Positions 27,184 to 40,907 of a DNA stretch of 64,000 bases are shown here, piece after piece. The DNA comes from Lytechinus pictus (taxonomy: Eukaryota), in the NCBI RefSeq assembly GCF_037042905.1, contig NC_087246.1, positions 35,650,001 through 35,714,000 of the forward strand, given 5' to 3'. The position numbers and the translations under genes were made by a program. The notes under the pieces were generated by a model, which did not search any database, was not told where the DNA came from, and was given only the letters and a program-made list of their open reading frames with translations. How positions within the stretch are numbered: the stretch's first letter is position 1; each line of letters starts with the position of its first letter.

Positions 27184-27535
27184 TAATAACAATAATAATC
27201 CACATTTACATAGCGCTTAATACATCGGAACGACGTCTCTAAGCGCTTTATAGATTATTACCCCGGTCATCGGATCCTTGCATGCCCGCATACAATGTAT
27301 GCACCTTCTCCATTCCCTGGGGAGCATTCCAACAAGAGTTCAAAGACTCAATTGCCAGGCATACTACATAGGCTTTCGCATCATAACGGGTACCCATTTA
27401 ATACCTGGGTGGAGAGTGGCAACTAAATATTGTGGATTGACGCCTTGTCAAAGGACGCTAGGCCATGACAGGATTCGAACACACGACCCTCTGATTACAG
27501 GCGAGAGTCAGAACCTCTACACCACGACACTTCCA
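27184..27535 (-). mobile_element. tRNA-derived SINE with (TTA)n-type tail
   Basis: Head GGAAGTGTCGTGGTGTAGAGG ... GTTCGAATCC, central CCCAGGTATTAAATGGGTACC motif, simple-repeat tail. Confidence 0.75.
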
Positions 27536-27759
27536 CAGCTAACTACGAAATATTTAGACATCTAGTTACGATTCAATTTCTTTTAGAATGATTCCTTAAA
27601 GGAGTTGACATCAATTTAAATCAAAATACTCTTAAAGGAACCTGAACATTTTCCCTCAAGATTATTAGAATATTCATAACATAGGCATATTCACTAAAAA
27701 AATTGGCTAAGGTGAGGGGAGCAACTGAACAATATTTTTTTTTTTCATTTCGATTGCAG

Positions 27760-27883
27760 GTTTCCGATGAAATTCTATGGGATCGTTTATGGTATGACCT
27801 ACTTATTAATAGGTATCTGTGGCTTCCTACAATATCCACTTTTCATCCTGATCCAAAACGTGCTCATGGGTGACCCTCAATAT
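27760..27883 (+). CDS. SLC43A3: SLC43A3-like coding exon 9
   Basis: ttgcag|G ... TAT|gtaagt; FPMKFYGIVYGMTYLLIGICGFLQYPLFILIQNVLMGDPQY (FP...G...G and LQYP.F motifs). Confidence 0.9.
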
Positions 27884-28928
27884 GTAAGTAAACTATATGC
27901 TTCTTAAATACACCTGTATTTTGTTCACAAACCTTATTAAATGACAAAGAATTAGTTATTTGTGCAATATACGGCGACCATTGTGCGTATAGGAAGGGGG
28001 GGGGGGGACTAAGGGGCGCTTGAAAGTTCAACGTCCAATAAATCAATAGATAACAGGAAAGGAGAAATCGAAAAAAGAAATGTTTGAAATGTGATATGAA
28101 CTTAGATATTTCCAAAAGAACGACACGATATCAACTTGAAGAGAAATAAAACGAAAAGAACATAACATTTTAAATATGCATGTTTCAAGGTTCACCCCAG
28201 TCCTCATCAATTTTCGTGATATCCAAAATGTATAAATACCAATGACTCTGTTTAAGATTTTTTGATCATTACGCCATCGAATTGACTATATTCTCCTAAG
28301 TAACTTCCTCTTCCTTCCAGAGTCTTTCTTCATGTAAGTGTTTATCCTCTAACCCAGTTGAATAATTTGCTAACAACGGCAACTCTGCCACCAAATAGTT
28401 CTAACAAGGTCAACTGGTGGCTTTCACAAAATTCATTATATTTTTGGTATACACATATCTATTTTGTACATGCGTAATACAATTGGTAGCTGTTATGCGC
28501 ATGTGCGTTACGATATTTTTGCCACAATGACCTACTGACAGAAGTCACTTTGCAAATCTTTTCCTTTGACGGATATGTCTCCAAAGTTTGTAAGGTTTTT
28601 GAAGCCCAATGCCATTTTGCAATTCCAAAAGACTATTTCTCTAGTGTGTGTGCATTGCTTCACAGACACTGAGTATTTTCTGTTAACATATCTTCTTTTA
28701 ACCATGTTTAACGCTTTCCTCAAATATTGTGGTATTCTTAAATATAAATCTATTTGCAGATGGTGTCTTGCTTACCCCGCTTGAGGGCACTATTTCATTT
28801 TAGATCAATCGAAATATCAAGCATACCCGGGATCACTTACACATCATGTTCAAATATTTGTTTCACTTCGCCTATGCCCTTGGCCCCTTGTTTAACCTTT
28901 ATCTGATAACATTTGCTTCTTTTTTCAG

Positions 28929-29027
28929 GTCTTGATCGGATTTATTGTGGCCAATGTTCTAACTTTTTCCTATCCTATCTACATCATTTACCACGTGAAA
29001 ACCAGAATGGCTCAGCATCCGGGATAG
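28929..29027 (+). CDS. SLC43A3: SLC43A3-like coding exon 10 (last TM and stop)
   Basis: tttcag|GTC; VLIGFIVANVLTFSYPIYIIYHVKTRMAQHPG-TAG. The ten exons sum to 1905 nt = 635 codons with all phases matching. Confidence 0.88.
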   Translation, partial: VLIGFIVANVLTFSYPIYIIYHVKTRMAQHPG

Positions 29028-30068
29028 TATACACTCGTCATCTCATATGCGAGAAAAATATACAACGTTTTCATTAAATTTTGTACGTTTTCTTCATAAA
29101 AAATAGATTAAATAACCTTGCATGCTGTCGTACAAATTACTGTTTAACAACCTTACAAAACTGCTAGACAATATAGCAGAATGTCTTTTTGTTAATTCCT
29201 GTTTCGAACAAAACAAAACTTTCAAGGAATGAGTGTTTTTTACCGTGTGACGTCAGTTCTTTTAGTCGGTTGCTCTTCATGATCAATTTTCATATCCGTT
29301 TGATTGGCATTTTTGGTTCGCTTTAATAATGATGATGTAAAATGATGCTGATATTTACAAGTTATACATTATCATCTGTACGGGACATAGCTATTAAATA
29401 GCTCGTCCGTCACAGCTGCCGATGTGAAAAGAGTATTTAAACGGTCAATGCCAACATTGGTCAAATGTTTATGATATAAGAGAGTCCGACCAATAATTTT
29501 GATGATTCATTACCTGTTTATGAAAGATTACCCAATTTTTGTGTTGATTTTATCCACTTTTCTTATCAGACAGATATTCACAAATATATTGATTGTTTTG
29601 ACTTATACCTATTAGGAGCGTCACGTGGATGTAAAAGTTGATTTAAAGATTACATTGAAAAAAAAGAAAATATGCACAAAATATCAAATTACGAAACATC
29701 ATGTATCGCGTACCTATTTTTTGAAAATGTGTGTCTCAAATGACCTATACCAGTTCACTGTTAAGCCTCATATTTTAGGGTGAAATGTTCAACCATCCGA
29801 TGATCTAGAAACTTTTAAAAAATAAATGCAAATACACACCCTTCTTTCTGGTTTGTATTGCATTCACGTAGCTAATTCAAATATGAATATTTTAATATGC
29901 AGTTCACATATCTGATTACTGTTACGGGGACTTCTCAGAGACTATCTTTAATCCTTTTTGTAATAGAAGATAGCAGATAACATCTTTGGAATGTGTTTAT
30001 TCTTGGATAAATGCGGTTTAATTTCAAAGGCTATCAGACCCAAATTCAGGTTAATCATTCGGGATATA

Positions 30069-30298
30069 CAGTGATGCTCAAAAGTTAGTGAACCCCACTC
30101 GAAAATGAACATATTTTAGAATCTTTCATTTCTGCCATGTTTTAGATATTAAATTTTGATTTCAGGTGATAAAATATTACATTAAAACAAGTTTGTTTCT
30201 ATTGGCTCACAAAACATGGTAATGAGGTTGTTTTCATTTACCCTCATCATGAAGGAGCGCATTCTGTGAAGGGGTTCACTAACTTTTGAACAAAAGTG
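30069..30298. mobile_element. Tc1/mariner-type MITE
   Basis: ta|CAGTGATGCTCAAAAGTTAGTGAACCCC ... GGGGTTCACTAACTTTTGAACAAAAGTG|ta. Confidence 0.65.
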
Positions 30299-33200
30299 TA
30301 CATCCCTTAAATCTAGGAACATCCAGGTTGTTTAAAAAATATATCAAATTCAGTTGTCGGGCTTAAACAACGTGCATATAACTTCTTTACATTGTACACA
30401 GGCTAATGATAATGCCTGTAGTATTTTTATTTCATGAGATGAGGGATAGGAGGGCATACGTGCTATGTCGGGAATCGAACTCATGATTTTAACGAGTATC
30501 GGTGTTTTTGACCAACTCAATCAAGGCACCTCGAGTACCTTCTTATTACCATAATATTATGTTTCATAGTAGTTCAGGATTTTATGTAACCAAGGTTTCA
30601 TAGCAAACCAAAAACAGTGAGTATTCATTTATTGTTTATCGTTTATCAACCCATACGAATGAATTGTATACGTCTGTTGTTCGTCTCGATACTCTGGTCT
30701 AGCACAATTTAAAGAAGAGCGTCCTAATGTACCCCAGACCGTCACTTACATACAGACCGCTAAATAAAACAGTTTTTTTATTGATAAAATAGATGTCGTT
30801 GTGAAACGTATGCATCGAGATAGAGCAGAAGAAAAAAATATATTTTCTATGTATGCCGCATTTCCATTTTTAATATTTAATATCCTTATTCATATATGGG
30901 ATTTTGCTCTTGCCCGTCGGCGACTTTTTTCAATCATGCACTGACATGAGAGGGCTGTTTTGGAGGCTTTGAATCAGACTACAAATCTTGGAACTTTTTC
31001 ATAGTCTTCCCTCATTTTTTTTCAAAATCATTGCAAAATCGTCCTAGGAGAGAATCGAACTTACGGCTTGTGCTATATCAATCGAGCTGATCGACGAGTT
31101 GGAAGTTACGCTTTATCCTAACGTTTCATGTCGCCAGGAATATTTATGAGGCGTAGTCTGACTAAACAACCCAATTATATCGTAATTTCTTATTCGTGAA
31201 AAAGTTACGGCCCCGGTCTACTGCCCTCTCATGCCAGGTAAGTCTGCGAATCGAACGTAGAAGACGAGATGAGTTAGGGTTAGGTGAAAAAGTATTGACG
31301 GGAAAATAAAATCACTACCCGTCTTTTCCCACCATTTGTTTCCTATTTAGGACATATTTATTTATTTTTTGTCCCTAGAAGCTTTAAGTTCAGTTACGTA
31401 TGACATTACGAACAACTTGATTTGTTAAAGGGGTATTGGCTGAAAATGATTTGAAGAAATAATTAAAGTAAATTCAGATAAACAAAACAGAGAGTTTCTT
31501 ATTAAAATCTGACAAGGAATAACAAAGTGATGACATTTTTTTTCATTATTGCGGTAGAACAGTTCTACGGATGTCTTTATGAATATGTGATGAGCAAGTT
31601 GATGATTTCAGATCACCATTTATTTTGTATTTCATTATATGAAATTAGATTTATTACATTTTTCCACCAAGAATAACAAAATTATAGGAAAGGCAGCTTA
31701 TTGGGACATGACACCATCAGCCCTTTTATTGTGCATTCATGGCGGCGTGCATATAACTGTTTAACACAAAATATCACTAAAGTATAACATTCAATGAGTT
31801 TATTATTTGTTATTACATTTGGATAAAATGTTCAACACCTTGTTGAATGAATTTAATTATATATTCCTTTTATATAATTGTTTTCAACCTGAGTACCCTT
31901 TTAAGTTCAAAATGGGATGTCTGAAGTTTTGATAACTTTTTATTCTTCAGAAAAGCGCTATATATACAAAACCTACCCTTGTTATGGATATGTTTTATTA
32001 TTAATATAATTTTCAATCTAATTTAGATGTGTATCTCAGATGCACATTTTAATCATCAGCTTGAATCACTTTCAAGCCTATTAATCGGTTGGTCTCCTGC
32101 ATTCCTCTAAGTTATCATTTTGTTAAATGATAAATAATAATGAATGTAATAATACAATTTGTCGATATTTATTATCATTGCTTATATTACGACCAATGTA
32201 ACATTGTTTTGTACTTTTGTTATAAATCTATTACCTTTATGTCATATTGTATACTCATCACTGATGTGAATGTAGAGATTAAAAAAAATCAATCAATAAT
32301 AAATGCATCAAATATGCGTCATCGATCAGGAAGACTACTCTTAGGAATGGAAGAATAAAATAAAGTTACAGGAGTATTAAAAAGCAAAATATTAAAAAGT
32401 TGAGTTATGATGTTTGAATATGTGCTTGTAAAGATAAACCTTGTGAAGAATACCCAAACAATTATTGGTAGGAATTTTAACTAACATAAACAATGTTTTG
32501 AAAATATGCCATTAAGAATGAGTTTTTCCAATATATGATTAAGATATGTTCAAGTCAATTTGATGGCCGGTGATTCTGTCCACGTGATATTTTATTATCA
32601 AAATATAAAAATAAAAATACTTTGCTGGGAGTGTCTGAATATTATGAGCGGAAGCTCAAAAAGAAAAAAGGAATCGTATATCACTATTAGATATCACTTG
32701 TAGGTAATATATACGACTTTCTTCATGCGACGAGTACATTAATTAGCCCAATGTGGTATGAAAATGGGGCATTTGAAATCAGGTGGATTTATTTAGATTA
32801 GGGTGTTGATCCGAAATGTCTCTAAAGTTTGCAGCTATCGCTTCTAGTTTTACACTGATCGTTATCACTGATTCAGTCCTACGGTGTTAAATGATGATGA
32901 CGAATTGTATTCAGTGAAAATAAGATAAGGCGCATTTCACGACCCTCCTATCGGATCGAGTCAAATCGGATACGGCAGGATTTGTGGTGAAAGGTAGAAT
33001 AACATAATTTTATATTTCGTGTTTATCCTTAAGTTCGCATTACAGGAATTATTTTTCGCGTTTATCAACATTTTTACCGCTATTATTAATAAAGCAGTTA
33101 TGTTTTTAAATCGAAGAATTTAGTTATCGAGTTCAGAAAAAGGTTACGAAAAATGGGAGGTATTAAAGAAGGGGGGGGGGGGGGTTAGAAGAAAGAGAGA

Positions 33201-34515
33201 GAGAAAGAAATGCACGCATGGATTGGAGGTGGAGGCAGCAATAAAAAAATCAACAGATTGTTTATCGGCTTAAAATCATTGTCAATTCAGATTACTAAAT
33301 ATATGTGTTCTTTGCTTAGAAAAACATATATAACATACTAAACAAATGGATTTTCTTAACCTTGTCAATCACCCCTTATGAGTGAGTGCCCTATTAGTTA
33401 TTACCTTAGTTGAGCTTTAATAGCCTATATGAATTGAATCTCTTTTCCTATAATATCACGTCTCAGTGTGTGTGTGTGTTTTACTTTTCTCTCTTTTATC
33501 ATTCAAATTATAATTTGCAGCAGTTCGTTGCATTTTGAGGGGAAACTACATTTTCTTTCCGCTTGCACGTAATCCTGGTAAATTGCATAAACCGAAAGAG
33601 CAGAAAAATCAAACTTCTCTTCATCTCATAGTATCAATATCCATTAATTTTCAAGTATTTTTATAAAACACAGAAATGATATGCAGATATACAGAAATTA
33701 TACTTGATAGAGTATTAACACAAATAATTATTTTATAAAATACTTAATGATGTTGAGTACATGTGATAAAAAATATATTCATCTAACGAACGTATCAACC
33801 AATTTGCAAAAAGCTAGCATAAAATTCGTTCTGCGATTATACGAATAAAAATTCATTTACCGTATATCCAAACGTCGAAGGAAAAGTTTCAGTCATTATC
33901 TTTACGCCGTAGAGATATAAGATAAGTTTGCATGTGCCTCAAAGGGCGATAGTAGACGACGTTACCGTTTTGATTTTCTTTAGCGTCAGATCATAGATCT
34001 GCAGCGTTGGGCTTAATAGCAAAATACTAACAGAAAATTTCAAATTCAAGTTCAAACCCAACGACAAGTAGAATTGAAATAATAATACAACACATAAAAC
34101 TGATACAGCAGATGTATCAGCAAAGACGGATGTAAAATAAGAGGACGTCGATATCCTGGTTGGTGTGAAATGGAGAGGATTTTTGTTTTATTTTATCAGA
34201 GTTATGAAAATATTAAAAGGCAGGATATCAATCCACGTTTTACATTACTGAAGGAAAATTACATTATTGAAAATTCAAATCATAAACGGAGAATATAATC
34301 TTTTATTTGCATATCCACGGTGTGCTTGGTGTTTTGTAGAATAAAAAGAAAAATAAATAGGTGAAAATCAAAACTTTCTTATTTTACATCAGATTTATAC
34401 GATTTCCATCTCGCTGATATGCTTGTTTGACTTATATGAAAGCAGTCATATTTCATGGGTGGACTTGACCATTCAGCCGAATAGGTTGGGTTGTTGAGTC
34501 GAGTCCCTGACCCGT

Positions 34516-34601
34516 TTATACTCCACCGCCCGGTGGGCCTGGAGGTGTGTTTGGTCTAGGTGTGTTTGACGGTCCAGAAGGTGGCAGGGCTTGACGTATT
34601 C
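34516..34601 (-). CDS. Unassigned secreted 6-Cys protein, paralog A, last exon (Pro-rich tail)
   Basis: acccag|GA; in phase 1 reads RIRQALPPSGPSNTPRPNTPPGPPGGGV-TAA; homologous to the last exons of B, C and D. Confidence 0.8.
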
Positions 34602-36498
34602 CTGGGTACAGATATTAACAAAAGGTAAAACATATTCAAACTTTACGAGGTTTGTTGCTGATATTTTGGTTGTTTGATTTCTGCAGGAAGGCCCACAAAA
34701 GTGGACTACATTTTTGTACAAAGCAATATTACGTGTGAAATAAAAATCGGAATCATCAATGTCATCACACCAGTAAAATTATTTAGTTTTTCTTCTTAAT
34801 TTCTACTCCCTGTGCCGTAATAAATGATAATATAGAAAATAGTGATTAGATTGAAATACCGGCATTTATAATTCCTTATTCGCGAGGTGATATCAACAAT
34901 GATGATAATAAAATAAACAATACTTTATAAATAGATCACAAAGTTATTAAAATGTGTACTTTAGAAAGAATAAGATGATTTGTATAAAGGATGTTTTTGA
35001 AAATAGAAATCAAACTACCAAAAGGAATTCGAGATTTCTGCCACAATTTCTAAACACCTATATGTTCTTGAAACTTGCAGAAACCTAGAAATTACCTTTC
35101 TAAATTGTAAAAAATAAATAAATAACAGGCCCTAACAAACTTAAGGGGAAAATGTTAGTTAATTCATAAAAGATGGAGTTAGAATTATTTATGATGACGT
35201 TGTACTTCCAAATGCGCTGGCAGTGTCTGCACGCTGCCCTTATCGACAATTTTGGAGTAATTATTTTGAAGAAAGCATGTATTATACAATAAGATCAGGC
35301 CGAAATATGAATATGCATTTTTTTTTGGGGGGGGTTAACCTTTTCCCCATTTAACCTAAGATTTATGTAGTTATCTCCCCATTCAGTTGATTCTTGCTTG
35401 TTTTCTGTTACTGTGTTTAACCTAGACAGCAAATGGTGTTTGTCAGGTGTCCTTGGAATAACTCATCACGATTAACTTTCATGTAGCTCTGTTTTTCTCC
35501 AATTAACTGTCGTTCAGGTACACACTCAGACACACACACATCCAAACACACCCTCAGACACCCACACACATACTGACAATACATGAAATATATAGATGGG
35601 GTTGGTGTGCGTGAGGGTGTGTATGTTTGTGCGTGTCAGTGCTCGTGCGTGTACGCACTTATCGAAAACGAGGACACACACCAAACCGAGGACGCCCCGG
35701 TACAGGACTATTGAGTGAATAACAGTTAATGAGTGATATTTTGATAGCCATGGTTTAGTATAAACTTGGATCAACTTAGACCACACTTTTATGGAATGCC
35801 AGTTGTCAACTGATACATCAATCCAAATTATTCTTATCCTGCTGGAAAGAATTGTCAAAAAATAATTGACACTTAAAAGGGGAAGAATAGGAAAATACAA
35901 ACATATTATGAATTTCGATGAATTACTTGATACAGTATAATTGCCATGAATGTGGAAGAAATATTATGAAGCCCAGCATTCCATAGAAGTGTTATTCATA
36001 ATTTTAGTTTAGACTAGGGTTAAACCTAGATTTTATTATTAGAACAGCATTCACTAAGCCCTCGATTCGCAACCATCTACAATGTCCTCGGTTGGATAGG
36101 AAATGGCCAAGATTTCTGGCATAGACATGTATGGTTTGCAATCATATCCGAATTTAACTTACCGACGATAAATGGTCAAGGATAACTATAATTTTCTTTG
36201 GCTTCATCACACAAACCTCTATTTATTTTTTTCAGATTATCTTATCATATAATGATTTTCAAAATGTTAATTGCTATATTATGACAACCCAATGTTTTAA
36301 ATAAGTTTTGAGAACGCGAGAAAATAAACTGGAATGAAATCACTAGGGGTGTAACCCCTTACACTAATATGGCTACAATGCTTCCTATGCCAAAAATTAC
36401 GGTACCTATCACACATAAACTGTATGGGATATGTTATGCAATTTTTGCTGTTTGGTTGTAACACCTAAAAAAAGAGGAAATGCAGTTATGGCACTTAC

Positions 36499-36780
36499 GT
36501 TCGCAAAGGTCAACAGTTCGTCCAAGATTGCATATATGCTCAAAAGCGGCGCATGGGTCACGTAATTGGATGACGTCGGTGCCGCTTGAGGAGCACAATC
36601 TCATGTCCCTCGCCATCCTGAACAGTGTTAGCATGTATCGATCACGGCTCCAGTCCCTATCCTTCTCATAGACTTCCTTTAGGACTTTCCAGTTGCAGAA
36701 ACCATATCCCTCATCTATCTTCTCGTAGTTATAATAGGGGCAAATCCGCTTTAGACGGCCCATGGGATTGTACATCGGCC
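36499..36780 (-). CDS. Paralog A, six-cysteine domain exon
   Basis: tttcag|GG ... C|gtaagt, 282 nt, phase 1/1; GPMYNPMGRLKRICPYYNYEKIDEGYGFCNWKVLKEVYEKDRDW...LC...DPCAAFEHICNLGRTVDLCE. Confidence 0.85.
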
Positions 36781-37477
36781 CTGAAAGTTTACAATAAGAA
36801 ATTATGAACATCAGTTGCAACGAGTAATTCTAGAATCAAACGGTTTAAAAATACAATGTCCATAATCTCCCTATCGTAAAAGTTAATGAAAATGTAAAAA
36901 AGAATAACTAATGGTCCATAAAGACGAGGCTAATTTGAATTGACCGCGTTTAGGGGATATGGATTGCCTTATTCTGATCTCGAATGATTAAAATGAGACC
37001 CTGCCAGAGGATTTCCTGTTAACATTGGACAAAAACTGAGCAAGATGATCGACAATTGCCTCTTTCTCTCTTAATTTCTTTTATATATTTTTCTCTTCTC
37101 CCTGTTCATTTTCGTTTTCTTTCTCTCTCCTTTTAAATACCCTTCCCTTTCTTTCCATTCCCCCTTTCCCTTCTCCTTTTTTTTATTGTGGCGGGGGAGG
37201 GGGGAGGCCCTTCGACCCCAATTTACCTTCACCTGTGTCTTATCACAGTCTTATAAACTTGACATCTGTTTAATACAAAACTTACTTATCTGTATCAATG
37301 CGGTTTCCCGTTGCAATTGTCAAAATAAGATTGTTATGCGTTATCTTATTTCATTTTGGTGATTCGGAACAATAACGCATTGTTCGGAGCATCTGTCACG
37401 AATGCGTGATCACATGAAATTATATAATGTATAGGTGTGAGTCAAGAGGGGTGTTGATGGGGACAGGATAGACTTGC

Positions 37478-37586
37478 CTGGACCATAACCGCCGTATCTA
37501 CCTCCGTATCCTCCGTATATGCCATAAAATCCGTATACTTGCGAAAAGCTGATCACAATAAAGAGACACGAGGTCAAAGTCTTCAT
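37478..37586 (-). CDS. Paralog A, signal peptide plus Gly/Tyr-rich exon (ATG in this exon); protein 158 aa
   Basis: tatcag|AAC ATG; MKTLTSCLFIVISFSQVYGFYGIYGGYGGRYGGYGP; donor G|gcaagt (GC-AG intron), phase 1. Confidence 0.8.
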
Positions 37587-38412
37587 GTTCTGATATAGGA
37601 AAAAGAGAAATAGTTTACCTGTATAAATTCGTTTTACAGCTCAATATTCATCTTATTTCTATTTTTCGGAAACAAGCCCAAATTATTATTTAATGTAATT
37701 ATTTGCTCAATGGGATTTACTTATAGTTTACATTTTAAAGAAACATATAAATCTCAAATATGGCAAATGTTTTGACAATTGGCATATCTAATAACATTCA
37801 GGTAAGATCTTGCTTGCATATAGCAGTGATAAATCTGTTCTGTTTTTTTTTTGTTAAAGAGAATAGAAACGTTGTTGAGAGGGTTATGTTAAAATAGTGA
37901 AATATAAGACTGACACGTAATTGATATAATAGTAACATAACTTCCTTGTATTATGGCTATTCTCCATTACAGCCACATAAATTTGAGTATAACCAATTAT
38001 TTTACCCTACCCTATTACTGCAAAGTATAGGTGTTGGTGAACACACGATTCGGCAGGCATGCTATAAAGGACTTTTCAACCCTGTTCTTTAGTATAGAGT
38101 TCTCCCTCCACGACACAAAACGGAGAACGTAGACAAATGTACTGTCGAATGCCCTTCATGCAATGAACAACCAAGAAGTCTTTGTCGAATATTGGTGAAT
38201 CAAAAGAGTAGTTTCGTCCCACACTCTGGATAATCGACATGTCTTGCATTTTTTTGTCAACTCCGAAACTTACTACGAAACTGTTTTTCCGGATTATTAA
38301 CTTTCAACAAAGACTTATCGGCTGTCCTTTGTCATTTGGTATTTTTAATAATTCTCTGTGTTCTTATATCCGTCGTGCGTAGCGATTCGAAACTGCCTAG
38401 TATGATCTTACA

Positions 38413-38703
38413 CCGGGAGAGCGTTTTAGGAAAGGACTTTGTTTTCCAACAGGTCCCATTTTATCCGATCGTTAACATAGTAATATTGCTTCTCAGCCAA
38501 TCAAAATCTAGGAAAGTTATCACATCAGGGGCCCGTTTCATAAAGAGTAACAACTGTTGTAACTTTGCCATTATGGCAACTACCATGGCAACCTTGATTT
38601 TGATTGGCTGCTGAGCCCTGTTACCATGGTAATTGCCATAATTGCAAAGTTACAACAGTTGGAAGTCCTTTATGAAACAGGCTCCAGACAAGGCTCCCCT
38701 AGT
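38413..38703. mobile_element. Nested MITEs of the GGG.CCGTTTCATAAA-terminus family (other members 40416-40543, 41471-41622, 46707-46883, 50614-50795)
   Basis: Inner element GGGGCCCGTTTCATAAAG ... CTTTATGAAACAGGCTCC (~38527-38687) sits inside an outer GGGAGAGCGTTTT ... GGCTCCCC element. Similar termini at the other listed copies. Confidence 0.65.
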
Positions 38704-39035
38704 TGGAAAGTGGCAAATATAACTGAACGTCTCGACTAAGAACGTTGGTGAAAGGCTGTGATTCGAGTGGTTCAAATAAGAATCCTCATTACTCAAAGCC
38801 TAAAGGGCAAGTATAGCCCTACAAAACTGTTTTTTTTTTTTTTTTATAAACAGAGGAAAGTCAAACAAGTATAATGCTGAAAATTCATCTTAAACGAGAG
38901 ATAATATACTATTTGAAATAACGTTATAGTTTTGGCCGGTCTAGAGTCAGTTTCTGGATGTGTCTGCGGCATTATGCTTGTGCACTGTAAAAGGCCAATA
39001 AAGCAAAGGAAAGGCTTGTAAACCACCAGACTTAC

Positions 39036-39175
39036 CGCTGCAGTGACTGTACCAAGATGTAGATTCGCTACGAATTCAATTATTAAAAATAGCTTTCCAG
39101 TTCAAAACCTTAAGACGTTAATTCAACTATTACCCAGAGTCGAATGGTGATCCCCACCGATCAATGGCATTTATA
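39036..39175 (-). promoter_or_regulatory. Paralog A core promoter and non-coding first exon
   Basis: GGTATAAAT (TATA at 39175) with TCACCATT about 30 nt downstream. Exon ends GTC ACT GCA GCG|gtaagt, in the position of the coding micro-exon of B, C and D. Confidence 0.6.
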
Positions 39176-40799
39176 CCAGTATACCATTCCACAAGGTGCG
39201 AAATATTATCCATTGGGCCTGTATTTGAGAAAGCCTCTCCACTTACTACTACGCCTGCTAGCCGTGCTTGATCTGAACATTTCGGCTAACATTACTCCTA
39301 ATATCTAACCCACGCCAGACTTCATGAACTATTGACCGTTAAAGAAACGAAAACAAAAATGACATAAAATGCGATCCATATATCGTAATGGGGGATATAT
39401 TTCTTTGTAAATCGGATTTTTATTAGAAAAATAGAAGGGATATCATTTAAGAAGACATATAGGAGTACACGGGGAGTACATTGACAGAATGACCAAAGAA
39501 CATCGGACCACGACTTTAACCACTTTCTGTTGCTGTAAGTTCGTGATTCCTTTCGACCAGGGACATCTGACGTTTATCTTTATGGACATACGACATGATG
39601 GTGATATTGAATCATCTTTAACATATGGTCACACAAGAATATAGATTTAAACCTAAGTTTGAAGAAAAAATTGTACATTTCATGAATTATTGCACATATA
39701 GCTTTAATCAATTTAAACTATATAAAGCTTTGTATGGACATATTGGACAATAAGCTATACTATGATGTTGCTATCTAATCATGTTCTTATAAAAATGGTC
39801 GCACAATGATATAAATTAAAGTTTAAAGCATGTCTTTTGTTTTGATAAATTCACCCCAAAAGTGCAAGTCATTATTCCAATTCGTTCCTAGAATATAATA
39901 ATACATGTTTCTAAAACTTCCCAACGATGCAATGAAAATATCTTTGCAGCACCAACCCCGCGAATGTCGGGAAGAGTGAGTGCCACCGTGTCTGAAAACA
40001 TTGCGAGGTTCCCAGACAAGGTGGTCAGCATTTTTTTGGACTCCCAAATAGCAACCACTACACAGACGCTTTCTAGAACGTAGAACATCTCTTGAAAATA
40101 GCCCTTCGTGACAAAGAAGTCTTTGTCGAAAATCGGTGAATCAAACAGCAGTGTCATTCGTGACTATAGTCTCTGGACAAACGACATATTTTACGACAAT
40201 CAGCTGTCCCGATTTACCAATTTTTGACAAAGTAGTATTAGCAGATCATCGTAATTTGACGGGCATTTTAAATATATTTACTATGTTGCAGAATCCTTCC
40301 CCGTTTTAATTGCGAAAACCCGCATGACGTCACAGCGACCGTAGTTTATCTGAGACGTAGCAGATACGAATCCTTTGGCGAGATATGGACTTAAAGTATG
40401 TCAAACAGCCTTTCTGGGGAGCGTTTCATTAAAAAGTTATCAGGTCTGACAACTTTCCTTGATTGTGATTGGCCGAGAGGCAGTGTTACCATAGTAACTG
40501 TCGGATAAAACAGTACTTGTCCTTTCATAAAACGCTCCCCTGGTCTCCAAGTGGACTCCGCAACGTATCAGAGATGTATCTGAGACTTTGCAAGGACATT
40601 GCAGATTCGCTAAGACATCTCAGCAATCAGGGATGTAAATAGTCTCCGCGATGTCTATGCGTAAATAATGGAGACGTCTCGGAGCCCAGATTCCTCTTAA
40701 GGGTCTGTCTCACCAAAGGAGACGTCTCTACAACATCCCAGAGACAATCGCTGACATGTTTCAAACGTAAAAAAAAAATCTTCTTTCTAAACAAGGAAA

Positions 40800-40907
40800 A
40801 CCATAACCGCCGTATCTACCTCCGTATCCTCCGTATATGCCATAAAATCCATATACTTGCGAAAAGCTGATCACAATAAAAAGACACGAGGTCAAAGTCT
40901 TCATATT
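40800..40907 (-). pseudogene. Orphan duplicate of paralog A signal/Gly-Tyr exon (homology with upstream intron extends to ~41065)
   Basis: cttcag|AAT ATG; MKTLTSCLFIVISFSQVYGFYGIYGGYGGRYGGYG is identical at protein level to A. The GCAAGT donor is missing and no dedicated downstream exons were found. Confidence 0.75.

Noticed and set aside
27100-27535. Possible tRNA genes (also 46060-46128, 30450-30532, 59310-59378)
   Set aside because: A/B boxes are present but I could not form a full cloverleaf, and the better-preserved copies continue into SINE bodies; these are SINE heads.
29030-34400. Additional gene between SLC43A3-like and paralog A
   Set aside because: No convincing ORF or exon chain; only AT-rich UTR/intergenic sequence and repeat remnants.
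34473-34721. 82-aa minus-strand ORF from the track (also 47842-48132 and 57679-57933)
   Set aside because: Wrong frame; the phase-1 spliced frame gives the Pro-rich tails conserved across paralogs.
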